64,000 bases of DNA from Acidimicrobiales bacterium. GTDB lineage: Bacteria; Actinomycetota; Acidimicrobiia; Acidimicrobiales; Aldehydirespiratoraceae. Numbering within the stretch: position 1 is the stretch's first letter; each line of letters opens with the position of its first letter. The position numbers and the translations under genes were made by a program. The stretch spans positions 2,930,909-2,994,908 of the forward strand of contig OY730440.1 of assembly GCA_963422655.1 (NCBI GenBank). The letters run 5' to 3'. Shown here in pieces: positions 51,200 to 60,749 of this stretch. Below the pieces are notes generated by a model. That model was given only the letters and a program-made list of their open reading frames with translations. It searched no databases and was not told the DNA's origin.

Positions 51200-54100
51200 A
51201 TGCGTTCTCAAATGACACGGTTGATGGTCGCTTTCATTGTATTGAGCACAACTATAGGATCAGTAGTAGCGTTCGCTTTGTCATCTACTTCTGAATCCAT
51301 ACCTACACCTATATTTAGCTGGCAAAACGAGCTTATCGGTACTTACTTCAATGGTACATCAGCGGACGCGCAAGTACAGTCTCAAGAATCAGTCGACTTG
51401 ATCAAAGACCTTACAGAAGGCACTATTGTAGTATCCTTTTCGCTTGAGTCAGCGAAACAACAAGCGATAGTTAGCGTATCAACTTCCAGTAATAATAGGA
51501 GCGAGTTCTGCTTTTGTGTGAACTCGATCGGCCTATATGGTGTGTCCGCACGTGAGAGCGCCCGTAGAGTCAGCAATGTGGAAAGTATACGGACCGCCAA
51601 TGGCCGGGGACGTATCACCGCCGTATTTTCAGTTTCGTCGAGCCAAGGAGCGTTCCTCATGAGTAGCCAGGACTTCGGTGAACCCTGGTCTGTTCAGAGG
51701 GACAGTTCCAAAACAGCATTCTTCGACTCTGTAAGTGATCTCGACAAGTTTACGATCGGAGCCAACTATAATAGCGACGGTCTCAGTTGGGTTACCCATG
51801 GCCGTATCTATTTCGTTGATATCTATGATCAACCCCTCACAGAACTAGAAGCCCAAAATATAATAAGCGATACTTATATAGATATTTCTGGTGGACTATC
51901 TTATGTCCAATCAGATTCAGATTTGCAGTTCGATTTTATCGGTCAAGCTCCCGCTCCGGATTCCTCTACAGTTGCGTATCACTGGAAATTCAATAATACG
52001 AAAACCTCCATGGGGCCGAGCGTATCACACACTTTTACAACGGCAGACTTTGAAGACGGAGTACCTGTCCCTGTGACAATGAGGGCGACTATCACATCTT
52101 CTGATAAGCATCATGGGTACAGTGCAATTAACCAGGTCTTCGTTGCGCCGAAGACGGCCTGGCCGGCTACATCAGGTCTAGGGCGTATGCAATCATTGGT
52201 CTTCAGGAATGGTGATAATGGCTTTGGCTGTTTTCGGATTCCCGCGATCATTCGGGCTGGTAATGGTGATCTACTGGCTTTCGCAGAAGGTAGACCCAGA
52301 GCACATTGCCCAGACTTCCATTACGGGGTATCAGTAGTGATGAAGCGCAGCCATGATAACGGCAGGACATGGGGTGATTTCAGAGTAATAGCAGAGAACA
52401 TTATACCGACTACTAAACGAACATGGGTCGCTCAAAACGTCACACCGATGTTGGATATGTCGGACCCGGATCATCCAGAGGGAAAACTCATTATTGTATA
52501 CAACAAGACTGAATATGACGCACATAAAAATGTAGCTGGTTTCGGTGTACGGCGTGTGATTACTGCGTGGAGTGGCGACCATGGCTACACCTGGAACTAT
52601 GATCCAGTCCTATCACCAGCTGGTACTCATGATGGCGATATTACTAGTCAAGTAACTCACATACACCAGCCTGAGTACACGGCCGTATATGATACTGAAT
52701 ACGTAGCTAAGAATTATAACTCTGCTCAGAAGTGGCCCTTTAATATGACAACCCTCGGACACTCGATCCAATTGAAAAATGGGCCGCCCGCTACGAAGGA
52801 TCGATTGTTCATATCGGGTGCCTATAGTCTGATGGGGGACACTGTATGGCATGTAAAAAACTACGTGTACTGGAGCGACGATCACGGAGCCACTTGGGAG
52901 ATCGGCGGCGTTGTTCCTTCCCCGGTGTATGGCCTAAATGAAGTGATATCGGTCGAACTCGAGAACGGCGACGTTCTGATGAACGCTCGCGCTTACTACT
53001 CTCACCGTGGATATGCTGGGCGAGTTACAACCAGGGTGTCGTTCGATAACCAGGGTAACCCAATTTTTGGCCCTCCGACTAGGGTAAGAGAGATTAGGAC
53101 GCAAGACGTTGCCGGGGGTATGGGGAGAATAACCTCTAGGGATGATTGGGTCTATGGTAGAAGATCAAGGATCGCGTTTACATCACCAAATGACGCATCA
53201 ATATACAGCCGTCGTAACGGCATGTCTCTTTGGATGTCAACAAATGAAGGAGAATCCTGGAGTTCTTACTTTCAGGACAATGACCAGACTCCGAAGCTTC
53301 TGAATGTAGGTCCATCTGTATACAGTGATATTGTCGGATTACCTGATGCGCGAGTAGGTGTTATCTATGAGGGAACCTATGTGGGGTCCTATACTATATA
53401 TGGCAACATTTTCTTCGGATCATATTCTCTGGACTGGCTATCAAATGGCCTAGATCAGCGAAGTCTCATTCGTCATGATGCATCCGGGACTGAATTCGAC
53501 GGCGACAGGGGTCATGTCGATCTGAGCAGCATGATGATAGATTCCGATGTGGAGGATCTCTCTACAGGATCGTTATTTATAGAGTTCAAGACTGGCCAGC
53601 TAAATGTACCTCAGGTACTCTTTTCTATATCGAACAGTAAAGATGAATCCAGTGAGTGGATTGTTGCTCAATGGGGCGACGGTCGGTTTGGTGTACATGC
53701 TCGCAATGATGGCGTACCGACGAATACAACTGTGTTTGATCAGAGGCTGGTTGTCAATGATCAATGGCATAAGATGGCTGTTATCGTGAGTGACTTGGGT
53801 ACAAAGATCTATGTTGATGGTCAATTGGTTGTATCTTCAACTGATCACAACTTTTTTGATTCAGTTTCAGATTTGGATTCTTTGAATATCGGCAAGAATA
53901 CCGATAGTGGTGGTGATGAATGGTGCTGGAAAGGGGAAATCGGGCTGGTAGAGGTTTTCGGCGCAGCGCTGACTGATACTCAGGCTCAAGTCATGACTCA
54001 GCCATCCATAAATCCAGTCGGGCTATGGAATATTAATCGAGATATCGTCAGTAGCTCAGATACGATTGACGTTACCAGTCAGTTGGGTGGGGCCGATTTC

Positions 54101-54592
54101 ACGTACAGCTCTCTGCCGAGATGGAATGACTCGGGGCTGCTAGGTTCATGGAGTATTGGTGCAAGTTTTATTGCTCCAGATGCAGTGGACAAGAAGGCCC
54201 CGGTGCTCGAGACCCACGGTGGATCACAGCAACTTTTGTTTGGGATTGTTGAGTCCGAAGAGTCTAATATGGAGATTGGTCTGAGTATCAAGACAGACTC
54301 ATTTGCTTTCCGAGATTTGATGGTTGACGCGTCACCATATCTGGACAAGGACGTCTCAATGCTTGCAGTGGTAAACAACTTCGAGTCTCGACTGTACATC
54401 AATGGTCAACTTGTCAAGACTGTTGAAACTCCTAAGCTATCGGTATCCAGCTGGAAGGGGTCGAATCTTGTGCTAGGAGGACATGACAGCTATTTGGGTA
54501 GCTATTTGAAGTCTGTCGCCATATTTGATGGTGTCGCACCTTCAGATTCATATGCGAAATCTCTTACAGCTTCAAGCAATATAATACGCTAG
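51200..54592 (+). CDS. paralogous LamG - PKD-like - GH33 exo-alpha-sialidase - LamG - LamG protein (~1130 aa), uniformly low G+C
   Basis: Same architecture and collinear similarity to 25183..28599 (FGCFRIPAIIRAGNGDLLAFAEGRP; SHDNGRTW, SGDHGYTW, SDDHGATW; WHKMAV..IYVDG). The ATG at 51200 is preferred over the TTG at 51197. Confidence 0.85.
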   Translation: MRSQMTRLMVAFIVLSTTIGSVVAFALSSTSESIPTPIFSWQNELIGTYFNGTSADAQVQSQESVDLIKDLTEGTIVVSFSLESAKQQAIVSVSTSSNNRSEFCFCVNSIGLYGVSARESARRVSNVESIRTANGRGRITAVFSVSSSQGAFLMSSQDFGEPWSVQRDSSKTAFFDSVSDLDKFTIGANYNSDGLSWVTHGRIYFVDIYDQPLTELEAQNIISDTYIDISGGLSYVQSDSDLQFDFIGQAPAPDSSTVAYHWKFNNTKTSMGPSVSHTFTTADFEDGVPVPVTMRATITSSDKHHGYSAINQVFVAPKTAWPATSGLGRMQSLVFRNGDNGFGCFRIPAIIRAGNGDLLAFAEGRPRAHCPDFHYGVSVVMKRSHDNGRTWGDFRVIAENIIPTTKRTWVAQNVTPMLDMSDPDHPEGKLIIVYNKTEYDAHKNVAGFGVRRVITAWSGDHGYTWNYDPVLSPAGTHDGDITSQVTHIHQPEYTAVYDTEYVAKNYNSAQKWPFNMTTLGHSIQLKNGPPATKDRLFISGAYSLMGDTVWHVKNYVYWSDDHGATWEIGGVVPSPVYGLNEVISVELENGDVLMNARAYYSHRGYAGRVTTRVSFDNQGNPIFGPPTRVREIRTQDVAGGMGRITSRDDWVYGRRSRIAFTSPNDASIYSRRNGMSLWMSTNEGESWSSYFQDNDQTPKLLNVGPSVYSDIVGLPDARVGVIYEGTYVGSYTIYGNIFFGSYSLDWLSNGLDQRSLIRHDASGTEFDGDRGHVDLSSMMIDSDVEDLSTGSLFIEFKTGQLNVPQVLFSISNSKDESSEWIVAQWGDGRFGVHARNDGVPTNTTVFDQRLVVNDQWHKMAVIVSDLGTKIYVDGQLVVSSTDHNFFDSVSDLDSLNIGKNTDSGGDEWCWKGEIGLVEVFGAALTDTQAQVMTQPSINPVGLWNINRDIVSSSDTIDVTSQLGGADFTYSSLPRWNDSGLLGSWSIGASFIAPDAVDKKAPVLETHGGSQQLLFGIVESEESNMEIGLSIKTDSFAFRDLMVDASPYLDKDVSMLAVVNNFESRLYINGQLVKTVETPKLSVSSWKGSNLVLGGHDSYLGSYLKSVAIFDGVAPSDSYAKSLTASSNIIR

Positions 54593-54618
54593 ATCTTGCT
54601 GAGATCTTGCTGAGATCT
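54591..54618. repeat. 11-bp tandem repeat x2.5 (agatcttgctg) starting at the sialidase-2 stop codon
   Basis: Read directly: agatcttgctg agatcttgctg agatct. Confidence 0.85.
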
Positions 54619-54697
54619 ATGATGAGTCCTTGATGTAACTCATGATGCAATGAGGCTATCTGGACCGAGCAAGGGCCCTGAGCTGGTATCTACCCGG

Positions 54698-54771
54698 TAC
54701 GCCCCCTGGGACTCGAACCCAGAACCTGCGGATTAAGAGTCCGATGCTCTACCAAATTGAGCTAGAGGCGC
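54698..54771 (-). tRNA. tRNA-Lys (anticodon CTT)
   Basis: Reverse complement: GCGCCTC-TA-GCTC-AATTTGGTA-GAGC...CT-CTT-AA...CTGGG-TTCGAGT-CCCAG-GGGGCGT-A. Confidence 0.9.
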
Positions 54772-54828
54772 TGACGACCGTCATGATAGCTGACCGCAAC
54801 ACTCCCGACGGCGCGAGGACTCGAGAAT

Positions 54829-54906
54829 TGGGGTGACCGAGGGGATTCGAACCCCCGACCTCCGGGACCACAACCCGGCGCTCTCACCTACTGAGCTACG
54901 GCCACC
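54829..54906 (-). tRNA. tRNA-His (anticodon GTG) with encoded G-1 and CCA
   Basis: Reverse complement: G-GTGGCCG-TA-GCTC-AGTAGGTGA-GAGC-G-CCGGG-TT-GTG-GT-CCCGG...GGGGG-TTCGAAT-CCCCT-CGGTCAC-C-CCA. Confidence 0.9.
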
Positions 54907-55051
54907 GCGACGTCGTCGAAGCGCGACGACGAGTGATCCTATCGGCGTCGACGGTTGACCCGACCGGTGCCGGCTCGAGATCACTGACACGCCGACGGGA
55001 CAGCTCGGCGAGGCAGACGACAGGGGACCAGACCGGCGGTAGCCTTGACGT

Positions 55052-55125
55052 GCCCCTGTAGCTCAACTGGATAGAGCGGAGGGTTTCTACCCCTCAGGTT
55101 GCGGGTTCGAATCCTGTCGGGGGCG
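55052..55125 (+). tRNA. tRNA-Arg (anticodon TCT)
   Basis: GCCCCTG-TA-GCTC-AACTGGATA-GAGC-G-GAGGG-TT-TCT-AC-CCCTC...GCGGG-TTCGAAT-CCTGT-CGGGGGC-G. Confidence 0.9.
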
Positions 55126-55206
55126 CAGAGCGGTAACGCCGGCAGTGCTGCGGAGATCGTTTCAACGGCCGACCTTTCCACAGCGACCAAGGGCGAGGAG
55201 GTAGTC

Positions 55207-56340
55207 ATGGACGAAGCTCAGAAGCTGGGCATGGAGATCCTGGAGCGGGCCGGCATCGAGCTGGGCGGCGATCGGCCCTGCGATATCCACGTCCACGACG
55301 ACCGCTTCTGGGAACGGGTCATGAGTGACCGCGAGCTGGGGCTGGGTGAGTCGTATCAGGACGGCTGGTGGGACGCCAACCAGCTCGACGAGCTCATCGC
55401 CGAGATCCAGACCCAGAACCTGAGGTCGCTGGTGCGTCCCAGCCCGAAACTGGTGCTCTACGAAGCCCGGAATCGTCTTCAGAACCGCCAGACCGTCCGG
55501 CGGGCCCGCCGAAATGCCCGCTCCCATTACGACATCGGCAACGACTTGTATCAGAAGATGCTGGATCGGCGCATGATCTACAGTTGCGCTTACTGGGCCG
55601 ACGCCGACGATCTCGACTCGGCCCAAGAGGCCAAGCTGGATCTGATCTGCCGAAAGCTCCGACTCGAACCGGGGATGAGGCTGCTCGACATCGGCTGTGG
55701 CTGGGGTGGCTTCGCTCGCTACGTGGCCGAGTTGTACGACCTTCACGTGACCGGTATCACTCCGGCCTCGGCCCAGTCGGAGATGGCTGCGGACCTGTGC
55801 CGGGGCCTACCGGTGACCATCGTGCGGGCCGACTACCGAGACTTGGGCCGCAAACACGGTATGAAGGGCCACTTCGACCGCATCGTGTCCATCGGGATGC
55901 TGGAGCATGTCGGGCCCCGTAACTACGAACGGTTCTTCGAAACATGCCGAACCCTGCTGATCCCCGACGGGATGATGCTTCACCACACCATCGGTTCCCT
56001 CGTCTCCAAGGTTGCCACCGACCCGTGGTTCGACCGCTACATATTCCCAGGGGGCTTGGTGCCGTCGCTGGCCCAGATCAGCGGGGCGGCCGAGCGGGAC
56101 TGGGTGATAGAGGACGTGCACAACTTCGGCCCCTATTACGACCCCACCCTCATGGCCTGGCACGCCAACATCTCAGCGGCATGGGACGATCTGCCCGCTT
56201 ACGACGCACGGTTCCACCGTACGTGGAACTACTACCTGCTGAGCTCGGCCGGCTCGTTTCGAGCCCGGACCCTGCAACTGTTCCAGATCGTGTTCACCCG
56301 CAACCGACGTCGTTCGGGTCTGTACCGGTCGCAACGCTGA
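55207..56340 (+). CDS. cfa: cyclopropane-fatty-acyl-phospholipid synthase-family SAM methyltransferase
   Basis: HYDIGNDLY, LLDIGCGWGG (SAM motif I), MLEHVG, YYL. AGGAGG SD before the ATG at 55207. Confidence 0.85.
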   Translation: MDEAQKLGMEILERAGIELGGDRPCDIHVHDDRFWERVMSDRELGLGESYQDGWWDANQLDELIAEIQTQNLRSLVRPSPKLVLYEARNRLQNRQTVRRARRNARSHYDIGNDLYQKMLDRRMIYSCAYWADADDLDSAQEAKLDLICRKLRLEPGMRLLDIGCGWGGFARYVAELYDLHVTGITPASAQSEMAADLCRGLPVTIVRADYRDLGRKHGMKGHFDRIVSIGMLEHVGPRNYERFFETCRTLLIPDGMMLHHTIGSLVSKVATDPWFDRYIFPGGLVPSLAQISGAAERDWVIEDVHNFGPYYDPTLMAWHANISAAWDDLPAYDARFHRTWNYYLLSSAGSFRARTLQLFQIVFTRNRRRSGLYRSQR

Positions 56341-59107
56341 GCAGCCCGGCCCGAAGGGCCTGGTACTCGGCCTCGGTGCGGAGCCGTTGGGCCACTTCGT
56401 CCACGGCGAAGCCGGCTCTCGACCTCGGCCCGGCGCTGGTTCCGGCCCGGAACGCCTCCAGGTTCGGGCTCGCTCTCATGGCTGCCACCAAGCCGGCTCG
56501 GGCTCGTCCGATAGCGGCGCCGTTCTCGTAACCGAGCCGCCGGTAGGCCTCGTACCGCTCCACGTCGAATAGCTGATTGATGGTGCTGTCGGCCGGGAAC
56601 ACCTCGTCCCGGTCGGCGAAAGCCTGTATCACCGCCGAGTGGTCGGCGATGACCTCCGGTCGGGTGTACCAGATCAGGCCGACCCGACCCCGTCGGTGAC
56701 GGATCAGCCCCACCCGAACCGCGGTCGACTCCGGCTCCGACCCGACCCCGGTCGGGCTGGGTCGGCGGCTGCCGATGTCGATGTCGATGGAGGTTCCGAG
56801 CTCGAGCGAGACCATCGACACCGCCTCGGCCAGGCCCAGAGTGGATTGGGGCTCGGACCGGCCGGCGTCGAAGGCCACCATCTCGTCTACGGCGGCGGTG
56901 CGAAGGAGTTGGGTGATGGCGGTGTTCTCCCAGTGCCCGCCGTCGGTGGCGTACTGGTACAGGTCGTCGATGTCGTGAACGCCGAATATCTCTTTGACCA
57001 GGTAGGACAGTCGCAGCCGCGGGTAGGAGGGGGGAGAGGCGACGTCACCGGCCCGGTCGGGCTCGGGCTCGACGGCCACGTGGCGGGCCCAGCGGGGGTT
57101 GGGGATCCATACCCCGGTGCGGATGTTGGCAAAGGCCAGCAGGGCTCGGGCCGGACCCTGTGACATCCTGCCCATGGAAGGGGCCACGGCCGCCCCCGAC
57201 ACCGCCACCGCGAACATGGTGGTGACCCGGGGGTTGCCGTTGGAGGCCATGAGCGCAGCAAGCTGCCGAGGTGTGCAACTGAGCTCTCGTGGGTCGTTCC
57301 CGCCTACGTCGGGTAGGTGGATGGTCACGGCGTCGGCGGTCATGGTCAGGTCGAGAGCCGGTATTCCGGCATGGGTGGGCACGTCGGTACCGCGGACCTG
57401 CACCGCGCCGCAGAACTCGGGTCGCATGGGCTTCGAAGCCACCTCCCACAGCCGTGGTTCGGTCCGTCCCGGCCAGTGAGTTACCGTCGCTGATCCGGAC
57501 GCGTCAGTGACCCGGCGCAAGGCGTAGGCCGTGCGGAGCCGAGCCCGGTAGTAGGGGGCCAGCGACCACCAGTCCGGATTGAGGACCAGATAGAGCAGGC
57601 CGAACACCGCCGCTACCGCCGACCAGGTTCCGAAGGTGGCCTCCACCCCCTCGATGGCGGCATGGGTGGCGATCCAGCCTCCCACCAGTACGGCCATGAC
57701 CCCGAGCAGAACCCCACCCAGCCGCAGGATCCGGGCCGTGTAGCGGTTGCGTATCGCCGCCAGTACGGCCACTGCCACCCCTGAGCCGGTCAGGACACTC
57801 AGAACGACAGCCCCTCCGACCGGGTCGTGGTCCGGTCCCAGGCTGAGCACCCGGGCGGGAATCTCGATCATGGCCGTCGGCATCATCACCAGCAGTCCGG
57901 TCAGCGTTGCGGCCAACCCCAGAGATCCGTAGGTGGCCGTCTTCAGCAACCGGCTCAGACCGGCCTCGAAGCGGCGGGCGGCCGAACCGGTCCGCCTTCG
58001 CAGGAGGCGGACCGCGACGACCCACAGAACCGCCGCCGACATCCCCGCTGCGGCCCAGACCAGCGGCGGCATCCACTGGTGGTAGCCGATGGTCGTGACC
58101 CGGTCGGGATGGTCATAGGCCAACCTCAAGGTGGGGTCGATGAAGTCGGCTTGCACCAGCCAACCGAAGGGGCGAGCCAGCAGCCACAGGCCGGCCAGCA
58201 GGACCAATCCGTTCCACAGTGCCCCCAGTCCGACTACCAGGGCCGGCGCGGGCCGGTTGTCGTCCACTCGGGCCAGGTAATCGAGATGGCGGCGCAGGTG
58301 GGCCTCCTCGGGGCTGAGGTCGTGGTCGCCGCGCCCTGCGGGTTCGGAGGCCGACCAGGCGTCGGCCGTGGAGCCGGGCCCGAGGCGGGCGATCGACCAG
58401 GCTCCGATCATGTACGCACCGCCTGAAACGGCGCTGACCCGGGTGGCGCGGTCGAAGCCGAGAGGGGTGTCGTCGAGGGCTTGGAGCCCGCCCAGGGCGA
58501 AGGACGCCGAGCGGATGCCGCCGCCCGAGACAGCGATACCGGTCTCCCACCGGCCGGGGTCGTCTCCGGGGACCGCGGTCGAGGTGGGGCCCCGGTCCTC
58601 GTAGACGGACCGCGCCCACGCGGGCATCACCACCGAGCCCGTCAGACCGATCGCCACGTAGGCCGCGACCGCGGCCAGGGTCATGAACTTGCCCCAAGCC
58701 AACACGGCGGCGACGGAGTAGAGCCACGACTCGCCCCCACCGTCTCGCAGAGCCGCCAGCACGACCCCGTTCTCGAAGGCGTCGAAGGCGCCGCCGATCA
58801 CCGCCAGTTTGGCCATCGCCGGTCCGGCCCGTCGCAGCCTGCTCACTCGGTAACCCCGGGTCGCGACCCATACAGCGCCGGATGCGAGCACCGCCACGTA
58901 CATGGCGATGAAGGCGTAGTCGAGGACCACGGCCCGGCGGACGGCCCCTATTTCGCAGGCGGCGATAGCGGCGCCGGCTCGCTCGGCCGTCGCTGCCAAC
59001 TGCAACCTGTGGATGGGCCGAGACGATCCGCACACCAGGCTGGCATGGGATCGTGCGAACAGGAACATGGCGAAAGCGGCCAGCAGGTACCCGGCCGCCG
59101 GGCCCAT
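56294..59107 (-). CDS. large membrane-embedded patatin-like phospholipase-family protein
   Basis: GIAVSGGGIRSASFALGGL (oxyanion GGGxR), SAVSGGAYM (nucleophile elbow) and YATDGGHWENTA (DGG Asp motif). Several predicted TM helices lie N-terminal of and between the motifs. The ORF-track start at 59251 would overlap divergent phoH, so Met49 (59107) is used here. Confidence 0.55.
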   Translation of the reverse strand: MGPAAGYLLAAFAMFLFARSHASLVCGSSRPIHRLQLAATAERAGAAIAACEIGAVRRAVVLDYAFIAMYVAVLASGAVWVATRGYRVSRLRRAGPAMAKLAVIGGAFDAFENGVVLAALRDGGGESWLYSVAAVLAWGKFMTLAAVAAYVAIGLTGSVVMPAWARSVYEDRGPTSTAVPGDDPGRWETGIAVSGGGIRSASFALGGLQALDDTPLGFDRATRVSAVSGGAYMIGAWSIARLGPGSTADAWSASEPAGRGDHDLSPEEAHLRRHLDYLARVDDNRPAPALVVGLGALWNGLVLLAGLWLLARPFGWLVQADFIDPTLRLAYDHPDRVTTIGYHQWMPPLVWAAAGMSAAVLWVVAVRLLRRRTGSAARRFEAGLSRLLKTATYGSLGLAATLTGLLVMMPTAMIEIPARVLSLGPDHDPVGGAVVLSVLTGSGVAVAVLAAIRNRYTARILRLGGVLLGVMAVLVGGWIATHAAIEGVEATFGTWSAVAAVFGLLYLVLNPDWWSLAPYYRARLRTAYALRRVTDASGSATVTHWPGRTEPRLWEVASKPMRPEFCGAVQVRGTDVPTHAGIPALDLTMTADAVTIHLPDVGGNDPRELSCTPRQLAALMASNGNPRVTTMFAVAVSGAAVAPSMGRMSQGPARALLAFANIRTGVWIPNPRWARHVAVEPEPDRAGDVASPPSYPRLRLSYLVKEIFGVHDIDDLYQYATDGGHWENTAITQLLRTAAVDEMVAFDAGRSEPQSTLGLAEAVSMVSLELGTSIDIDIGSRRPSPTGVGSEPESTAVRVGLIRHRRGRVGLIWYTRPEVIADHSAVIQAFADRDEVFPADSTINQLFDVERYEAYRRLGYENGAAIGRARAGLVAAMRASPNLEAFRAGTSAGPRSRAGFAVDEVAQRLRTEAEYQALRAGLLSVATGTDPNDVGCG

Positions 59108-59209
59108 CCTGGCCAACCCGCCCCGGACCCCCTCGTCGGCGGCGGGGGTGCCGGTTTGGGGCAGCGTGTCCACCTCGGTCAGGTTAAGCGGTACCCTCGG
59201 GGTCGAGAG

Positions 59210-60184
59210 ATGCCCGAAACCGCTGTCACGATCCACGTTCCCGCCAATCACCTACTGGGCCCGCTCTTCGGTGCACACGACGTCAACCTGCATCGCTTGG
59301 AAAATGCTTTTTCGACCAGCCGCATTCATGTGCGGGGCAACGAGGTGAGCGTCACCGGCGCCGAAGCCGAGACGCTGGCCCGACTGTTCGACGAGTTGAT
59401 CGTGCTGGTGGAACGGGGTGAACGCCTCGATGGTCGCACCCTGGATCGGGCCATCGATATGGTGCGGTCCGGCGACGGCGGCGAGAGACCCTCCGACGTG
59501 TTGACCCACGAGATCCTACGAGCAGACCGAGGGCGGGCCGTGCGCCCCAAGTCCAGCGGCCAGAAGCGCTATGTCGACGCCATCGCCGACAATGTGGTCA
59601 CCTTCGGGATCGGCCCGGCCGGCACCGGCAAGAGCTGGCTGGCGGTGGCCATGGCGGTGAAGGCACTGCATGCCGGGGCGGTGGATCGTATAATCCTCAC
59701 CCGGCCCGCAGTCGAAGCCGGGGAGCGGCTCGGGTTCCTGCCCGGTGACCTCATGGCCAAGGTCGACCCCTACCTTCGGCCCCTCTACGACGCTCTTTAC
59801 GACATGGTCGGCAACGAAGGCGGGGAGCGGTTGCTGGAGCGGGGCGTAGTCGAGGTGGCCCCCCTGGCTTTCATGCGGGGCCGGACCCTCAACTCCAGCT
59901 TCATCATTCTCGACGAGGCCCAGAACACCTCTCCGGAGCAGATGAAGATGTTCCTGACCCGGATCGGCTTCGGCTCGACTGCGGTGGTGACCGGTGATGT
60001 CACCCAGCTCGACGTGGACGGCGGCCGCAGCGGCCTGCTCGGGCTCGAACCCATCCTGGGTGACATCGAAGGCATCGTCTTCGTTCACCTGTCGGGTCGC
60101 GACGTGGTTCGTCATCGCATCGTGGCCGAAATCGTGAACGCCTACGACCGGTGCGACCCGGCCCGCGCCGGGCCCGACAGATGA
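59210..60184 (+). CDS. phoH: PhoH-like ATPase (YbeZ)
   Basis: GPAGTGKSWLAVA Walker A, ILTRPAVEAGE.LGFLPGD, IILDEAQN. The upstream part of ORF 58481.. is antisense to the patatin-like gene. Confidence 0.9.
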   Translation: MPETAVTIHVPANHLLGPLFGAHDVNLHRLENAFSTSRIHVRGNEVSVTGAEAETLARLFDELIVLVERGERLDGRTLDRAIDMVRSGDGGERPSDVLTHEILRADRGRAVRPKSSGQKRYVDAIADNVVTFGIGPAGTGKSWLAVAMAVKALHAGAVDRIILTRPAVEAGERLGFLPGDLMAKVDPYLRPLYDALYDMVGNEGGERLLERGVVEVAPLAFMRGRTLNSSFIILDEAQNTSPEQMKMFLTRIGFGSTAVVTGDVTQLDVDGGRSGLLGLEPILGDIEGIVFVHLSGRDVVRHRIVAEIVNAYDRCDPARAGPDR

Positions 60185-60218
60185 CCGGGGTGGTTCGAAC
60201 CGGCTCCGGTCCGTCTCT

Positions 60219-60743
60219 ATGAGCGGATCGGACTTGCTGGTGGTCGCAATCGACGAGCGGTCCCGCACCGGCGACCGATCCGGGGCTTTCGCCGTCGAGC
60301 CTTGGGCGGCCTTGGCCGAGGCAACCCTGCGGGCCGAAAACGTTACCGCGGGTGAGCTCAACCTGGTATTCGTCGACTCGACCGAGATGGCTCGGCTCAA
60401 CGCCGAACATCTCGGTCGGGACGGCCCCACCGACGTGTTGTCGTTTCCCCTCGATGGGGTCGAGGCCGATCCGCTCGGGCCGGGGCCGGCCTTGGTGGGC
60501 GACGTGGTCATATGTCCGGCCTATGCGCAGGCTCGGGCGGCTGGTGGTGGGGCCGAGGGCGTGGAGGTTCATACCACCGGTAGTGGGGCCGAGGGTGAAG
60601 AAGAGCTGGCGTTGCTGGTCGTCCACGGGGTACTGCACACCCTCGGCTACGACCACGACTGTGCTCGCGACGCGGCCCGGATGCAGTCCCGGGAACGGGA
60701 GTTGCTGGCCGCCCACCACCGATCGTGTCGCGACTGGTCGTGA
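60219..60743 (+). CDS. ybeY: rRNA maturation endoribonuclease YbeY
   Basis: The HGVLHTLGYDH zinc motif. Conserved operon position after phoH. Confidence 0.9.
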   Translation: MSGSDLLVVAIDERSRTGDRSGAFAVEPWAALAEATLRAENVTAGELNLVFVDSTEMARLNAEHLGRDGPTDVLSFPLDGVEADPLGPGPALVGDVVICPAYAQARAAGGGAEGVEVHTTGSGAEGEEELALLVVHGVLHTLGYDHDCARDAARMQSRERELLAAHHRSCRDWS

Positions 60744-60749
60744 TCGACG

